Assembly: GCA_903850915.1 (NCBI GenBank)
Contig: CAINMV010000034.1
Coordinates: forward strand, 37 to 64,036
Source: an uncultured Bacteroidota bacterium
GTDB taxonomy: Bacteria > Bacteroidota > Bacteroidia > UKL13-3
Direction of reading: 5' to 3'
DNA: 64,000 nucleotides
Part shown: positions 59,429-64,000 of the stretch, piece after piece
Layout of the letters: each line of letters begins with the position of its first letter
Position numbering within the stretch: the first letter of the stretch is position 1
Translations under genes and position numbers: made by a program
Notes under the pieces: generated by a model
The model's database searches: none
Seen by the model: only the letters and a program-made list of their open reading frames with translations
What the model was told of the DNA's origin: nothing

Positions 59429-60544
59429 ATGAATAAAGACATTTCAGATGATGAAAAGGTAAAACGTATAGCCTTGAAAATGATACCGATGGTTGGCGAT
59501 GTAGTCGCTAAAAGCCTCACCTCCTATTTTGGAAGTGCCACTTCCATTTTCAAATCAAAAGCATCGCTACTGCAAAAAATACCTGGTATTGGCAACGTTA
59601 CTGCAACAAACATCGCAGCATTTAAAAACTTTGAACTCGCCGAAAAGGAGCTTGCCTTTATTACAAAACACAATATTGAAACCTACTTTTTCACGGAGGA
59701 TAACTACCCATTCCGATTAAAGCAACTTGCCGACTCCCCATACCTGTTTTATTTTCGTGGCAAGGCCGACCTCAACCATACCAAAATCATAAGTGTTGTT
59801 GGAACCCGCGCTGCCACAGATTATGGGAAACGCTTTTGCAACGAATTAATTGAGGCACTTGCACCCCATCAAGTAATGGTTGTTAGTGGCCTTGCCTACG
59901 GTATAGATATTACAGCGCACAAGGCTGCAATTAAAAACAAGCTACCAACAATAGGTGTGCTAGCGCATGGTTTAGATAGATTATACCCATCGAGCCACAA
60001 GAGCGTTGCCATTAATATGATAGAACATGGCGGCGTATTAAGTGAGTATAGAAGTGGCACGCCCCCAGATCGAGAGAATTTCCCGGAGCGCAATCGTATT
60101 GTTGCCGGCATGAGCGATGCTGTGATTGTAGTTGAAGCTGCCATTAAAGGAGGAGCGTTGATAACAGCCGAATATGGCAATAGCTACAATAAAGATGTCT
60201 TTGCTTTACCTGGTCGCAACACCGATGAATTTAGTGCAGGATGCAATAAATTAATTAAAACTAATAAAGCAGCTTTGATCACCTCAGCCGACGACTTAAT
60301 TTACATTATGGGGTGGGAGCAGCATAAGAAAAGCAAAAAGAGCAAACAAGCCACTTTGCTCTTAAATTTAACACCTTTGGAGCAGCTTATCATCGACCAA
60401 CTTACGTTGCATGAGCGCATACATATTGACCTTTTAACGCATCAATGTAAGACACCCAATAGTGAATTAGCTCTAATTTTGCTTAATCTAGAGTTTAATG
60501 GAATTGTAAAGTCGTTGCCAGGAAATTATTATATGCGGACTTAG
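59429..60544 (+). CDS. dprA: DNA processing protein DprA
   Basis: YP-x2-L, VVGTR, VSGLAYGID, HKAA, FPERNRIVAG, VVEA-x2-KGGALITA, VFALPG, GCNKLI, C-terminal winged helix. Confidence 0.95.
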   Translation: MNKDISDDEKVKRIALKMIPMVGDVVAKSLTSYFGSATSIFKSKASLLQKIPGIGNVTATNIAAFKNFELAEKELAFITKHNIETYFFTEDNYPFRLKQLADSPYLFYFRGKADLNHTKIISVVGTRAATDYGKRFCNELIEALAPHQVMVVSGLAYGIDITAHKAAIKNKLPTIGVLAHGLDRLYPSSHKSVAINMIEHGGVLSEYRSGTPPDRENFPERNRIVAGMSDAVIVVEAAIKGGALITAEYGNSYNKDVFALPGRNTDEFSAGCNKLIKTNKAALITSADDLIYIMGWEQHKKSKKSKQATLLLNLTPLEQLIIDQLTLHERIHIDLLTHQCKTPNSELALILLNLEFNGIVKSLPGNYYMRT

Positions 60545-60693
60545 TTAACCTTTCCGCCCCTATCTATTGGATTGTTACCGTAACTAAAATCTGCAAATAG
60601 AATTTTCATTTTGAATTCTACAGCGCCTGAATGCAAAAGGAGTCGTATATAAATCCTATACTCGTTTTTTTTTATTATTTTTGCATACCAATC

Positions 60694-60767
60694 GGTCTCA
60701 TAGCTCAACCGGATAGAGCACCGGTTTTCTAAACCGGGGGTTACAGGTTCGATCCCTGTTGGGACTA
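60694..60767 (+). tRNA. tRNA-Arg(TCT)
   Basis: Acceptor GGTCTCA/TGGGACT+A, D-loop with A20, anticodon arm CCGGT-TTTCTAA-ACCGG, GGTTCGATCC. -7 element TATTTTTG at 60676-60683. Confidence 0.93.
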
Positions 60768-60770
60768 CTG

Positions 60771-60800
60771 AAAAGCCTTGCAGTTTGCAAGGCTTTTTTT
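60771..60800 (+). terminator. Intrinsic terminator after tRNA-Arg
   Basis: AAAAGCCTTGCA-GTT-TGCAAGGCTTTTTTT. Confidence 0.85.
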
Positions 60801-61002
60801 GTTTAAATGCTCTTATTCAACCGATAAATAGTAATGCCAACAGCCATCTCCCGATTTCTAAATAATAACCTATCTTTGCCTATAGCTTCATAAGTAAGGA
60901 ACTTGAAATATAAATTAGGGACTTCCGATCCTTTCCGTATCGTAAATACTCCCTCAATTAATATTCTCTGTCTTCTATCTCTAACTAATTACATTTTCAC
61001 TT

Positions 61003-62229
61003 TTGACATTCAACGATTTTAATTTCGACGCAAAAATACTTGAAGGGCTTGATGCTATGGGTTATTCACAGCCAACCCCGATTCAAGAACAAGCTATCCC
61101 GGTAATTTTACAAAACAAAGATATTATTGCTTGTGCTCAGACAGGTACCGGTAAAACAGCGGCCTATATCTTGCCTATCCTTCAAAAAATATTACATACA
61201 AAACACCGTCATCTCAATACTCTTGTGATTGCCCCCACGCGTGAATTAGCCCAGCAAATAGACCAACAGATTGAAGGCTTTGCCTATTTTGTTGGCGTTA
61301 GCTCCATCCCCGTTTATGGTGGTGGGGATGGTGCTACTTGGGACATGCAAAAGAAGGCCATGGTAAACGGTGCTGATATCATTGTTGCTACTCCTGGTCG
61401 CCTTTTGTCGCAACTGCAATCGGGCTCTATGATTCTTGAACACCTCGAATGCTTGGTGCTTGATGAAGCCGACCGCATGCTCGATATGGGCTTTTATGAC
61501 GATATTATTCGTATTATGAAGTTCCTTCCAGATACTCGCCAAACTTTATTGTTTTCGGCAACCATGCCGCCTAAAATTAGAGCGCTAGCGGCAAAAACAT
61601 TGAAAGAACCTGAACAAATAAATATAGCCATCTCCAAGCCTGCAGAAGGCATTTTGCAACAGGCTTATTTGGTTTACGATAGCCAAAAATTATCGTTGAT
61701 AAAAAACATTTTGAAATACGGCAAGTTTGAAAGTGTCATTGTTTTTGCTTCTACCAAGGAAAACGTAAAAAAACTGGACCTAGAACTTCATCGCGCTGGA
61801 ATAAAAGTTAAAGCATTCCATTCCGACCTTGAACAGCCGGAACGCGAAGCCATCATGCGTGAATTTAAAAGCAAACAATTGCCCGTAATCATTGGCACCG
61901 ATATACTTTCAAGAGGCATCGATGTTGAGGGTATTGATCTTGTGGTAAACTTCGACTCACCTAGAGACCCAGAGGATTACGTGCATCGCATCGGGCGCAC
62001 TGCTCGTGCACAAACTACAGGCACCGCCATTACATTTATTAATGATAAAGATCAATTCTACTTTTCTAATATTGAAAACCTCATTGGTTATTCAATTCCT
62101 AAACTAGAACTTCCTGAAGGATTTAGTGAAGGTCCAAAATACCAACCTGAAGTACGACCTAAAAAAACATTCGGAGGCAAACCTCCATTTAAGGGAAACA
62201 AAAAACCTGGCGGCTTCAAGAAACAATAG
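61003..62229 (+). CDS. DEAD-box ATP-dependent RNA helicase (RhlE-like)
   Basis: Q-motif PTPIQ, AQTGTGKT, PTRELA, TPGR, DEAD, SAT, SRGID, HRIGRTAR, basic tail. TTG start. Confidence 0.94.
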   Translation: MTFNDFNFDAKILEGLDAMGYSQPTPIQEQAIPVILQNKDIIACAQTGTGKTAAYILPILQKILHTKHRHLNTLVIAPTRELAQQIDQQIEGFAYFVGVSSIPVYGGGDGATWDMQKKAMVNGADIIVATPGRLLSQLQSGSMILEHLECLVLDEADRMLDMGFYDDIIRIMKFLPDTRQTLLFSATMPPKIRALAAKTLKEPEQINIAISKPAEGILQQAYLVYDSQKLSLIKNILKYGKFESVIVFASTKENVKKLDLELHRAGIKVKAFHSDLEQPEREAIMREFKSKQLPVIIGTDILSRGIDVEGIDLVVNFDSPRDPEDYVHRIGRTARAQTTGTAITFINDKDQFYFSNIENLIGYSIPKLELPEGFSEGPKYQPEVRPKKTFGGKPPFKGNKKPGGFKKQ

Positions 62230-62275
62230 CACGATTTCACTTCGTTGGTAATTCCGTAAATAATATTAGAAGTCG

Positions 62276-62752
62276 TTAAAGATTAAGCTTAGTTATGGTA
62301 TCGCGAAAATCATACTGCAAATCTTCATGCATTTTATTGATTGCCGCATTCATCTTTTTATAATTTTGAGCATAAATATTGCCAACCACCGAATTTTCAA
62401 TCATGGACAATCCGGATGACTTGAGTTTAAAACAAAAGTGTAAAAGCAACGCCGCTTCTACATTAACTGAATTTGAGAATCGAATAAATTTATTAACCGA
62501 GCGCAATGCCTTTCGTAACGTTTTTTTAGCTAGATACATTTGACTTGAGTTTAAACTTGTAAATTCTGTGTCCATCTGAAGTTTTGCGTTTTTTATAAAT
62601 TCGGTTTCCTTTTCAGCACTGAAAAGCAAATAACCAAGCAGCTCTTTATTTTCCTTTTTAAACTTGGCCATTCGCAGACACAGATTTACTAACTGCTCAG
62701 GAGAACAGGCCTTTAACTCGCTTTTTATTTCTTGTAATGAAGCTATTTCCAT
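62276..62752 (-). CDS. Conserved Bacteroidota hypothetical protein
   Basis: ASL-x-EIK-x-EL, LCLRMAKFKKENKELL-x-YLLF, KKTLRK, HEDLQYDF. Confidence 0.75.
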   Translation of the reverse strand: MEIASLQEIKSELKACSPEQLVNLCLRMAKFKKENKELLGYLLFSAEKETEFIKNAKLQMDTEFTSLNSSQMYLAKKTLRKALRSVNKFIRFSNSVNVEAALLLHFCFKLKSSGLSMIENSVVGNIYAQNYKKMNAAINKMHEDLQYDFRDTITKLNL

Positions 62753-62878
62753 GGAAAGCACTCAATTTATAGTAAAGCGAAAAGATAAATTAAAAAACAA
62801 TAACTAATAAAGTTATAAAAGCACGCGTATGCTTAACTTTTTCATCTCTATTGAGCATGATAATTCAAAACTGATCAT

Positions 62879-62910
62879 AAAAAAAGCACCTCAAAGAATT
62901 GAGGTGCTTT
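62879..62910 (-). terminator. Intrinsic terminator of the SusD-lipoprotein operon
   Basis: AAAAAAAGCACCTCAA-AGAA-TTGAGGTGCTTT, with the T-tract on the minus strand. Confidence 0.8.
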
Positions 62911-62928
62911 AAATTTAGTTTATTAAAC

Positions 62929-63609
62929 TTACTGATGGCTGAACACACGCAATGCTGTTCCAAAACTAGGATTACGAACAACCCACTCGATGGTTGTATC
63001 ACTTGACATTTTACGAACTTTAGCAGTAGTTAAAGAAATTTCACCTGCTAACCATGGTTGAAATGGAGCTAAGAGTGAACTATCGTTTAACTGTACAAAA
63101 TACGTATCGAATAAGAACTGTGGATTCGCAGTAACCGGGTTGCTACCTGCTAAGGCAACACCTCCGGCATTATCTGTTTTGTAGATACCACGAGTTACTT
63201 TTGATACATTCATTGGACCATTCGTACCTGTACGGCGATAGAATCCACTGATATCTTCAGTAGCAGAGATATTGGTAACTGCAACAAAACGAGTTGTAAC
63301 GGTTTCAAAACCTTTATCGTTCTTAACACGATATACTACAGGGTATAATCCAGGTGTAGAAGCATCTACACCACTTGCATCGAAGCTCACTCCGCCTACA
63401 ACAGTGTACATGGTATCCTTAGCGGTTGCGCCCTGGTCGGTATAAGTTCCACCAACATTGATGGATACATATTGAGGGCCATTTAATTTGATTTCAGGTG
63501 CAGAAACTCGCAACGATTCACTTACGCTATCCGTTGTAACCTTCTTACACGCTGCTATTGAAATAATAGCAAATGCTACAATTCCTAAAATTATTTGATT
63601 ACGTTTCAT
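62929..63609 (-). CDS. Lipoprotein with DUF5011/Ig-like domain (SusC/D-locus accessory)
   Basis: Lipobox IAA-C, PEIKLNG...GGTYTDQGATA...VDASTPGLYPVVY-x-V-x-N-x2-G. Confidence 0.8.
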   Translation of the reverse strand: MKRNQIILGIVAFAIISIAACKKVTTDSVSESLRVSAPEIKLNGPQYVSINVGGTYTDQGATAKDTMYTVVGGVSFDASGVDASTPGLYPVVYRVKNDKGFETVTTRFVAVTNISATEDISGFYRRTGTNGPMNVSKVTRGIYKTDNAGGVALAGSNPVTANPQFLFDTYFVQLNDSSLLAPFQPWLAGEISLTTAKVRKMSSDTTIEWVVRNPSFGTALRVFSHQ

Positions 63610-63634
63610 GATATATTTTTTAATTAATTTTAAA

Positions 63635-64000
63635 TTATTTCTGATCCCACCATACTTTTGTGGTTATTGTTTTATTGGCCGGCATATTTGGGTTTCTTGT
63701 AGCTTCTACCGAAGGGTAGACAAAACGGGCAGGGAAATTTCCGGCACCCAATTGAGAAGAAGCAGAAGTTGCTAGGAATGATGGATACTTAGTTCTACGG
63801 AATTCTGTCCATGCTTCAAACCCTTGAGTTCCGCACATAGAATACCATTTTTCAGTAGCGATTTTCTCTGCTTTTTGACTCATTGTACCGGTAGCAGGAA
63901 ATGCTGCAGAAGCGGCTATATATGCCGTTGCATCAGCAGCAGTGAATCCCCATCTAGCAAAACCAGCCTTGATACCTGCTTCATAATATGCTTTAGCATC
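63635..64000 (-). CDS. SusD/RagB-family lipoprotein, C-terminal part (truncated by window end)
   Basis: Open frame from the window edge: DAKAYYEAGIKA...IATEKW...QGFEAWTEFRRTKYP...PARFVYP-x2-E-x3-N...VWWD. Confidence 0.88.
   Translation of the reverse strand, partial: DAKAYYEAGIKAGFARWGFTAADATAYIAASAAFPATGTMSQKAEKIATEKWYSMCGTQGFEAWTEFRRTKYPSFLATSASSQLGAGNFPARFVYPSVEATRNPNMPANKTITTKVWWDQK

Noticed and set aside
60721-60737. tRNA with a CTA (amber suppressor/pyrrolysine) anticodon
   Set aside because: The 5-bp stem CCGGT/ACCGG frames the loop TTTCTAA, so the anticodon is TCT (Arg). The A20 arginine identity element is present.
545-63883. Numerous 60-135 aa antisense or alternative-frame ORFs in the ORF track
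   Set aside because: They overlap well-supported genes and have no recognisable motifs, so they are treated as shadow ORFs.

Overview
AT-rich chromosomal segment of a Bacteroidota bacterium, judged from TAnnTTTG -7 promoters, T9SS C-terminal domains, a SusD-type gene, DUF4270/DUF5606/DUF5777-type proteins and Bacteroidota-type ParC/ParE. Most of it is housekeeping: mnmA, parE/parC, trxA, aroB-aroA-aroC, proline dehydrogenase, pabB, thiL, cmk, tdk, kdsB, DAHP synthase, frr, guaA, mnmH/selU, mtgA, dprA, a DEAD-box helicase and three tRNAs (Leu-GAG, Lys-TTT, Arg-TCT). It also carries three T9SS cargo proteins and a two-SGNH + MBOAT O-acetylation cluster that runs directly into an MbnP-MbnH copper module. 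The best candidate for an uncharacterised system is the six-gene operon at 558-4387. It encodes two tandem-duplicated di-heme lipoprotein cytochromes c (each with an atypical CX4CH site plus a canonical CXXCH), a mono-heme lipoprotein cytochrome, a membrane-anchored OB-fold protein, a YceI lipid/quinone-binding protein and a DUF5777-type outer-membrane beta-barrel. A 60-bp direct repeat with a 188-bp period lies upstream of it. No integrase, transposase, reverse transcriptase, phage gene or CRISPR array was seen. All family assignments come from recognising motifs by eye; no database searches were run.
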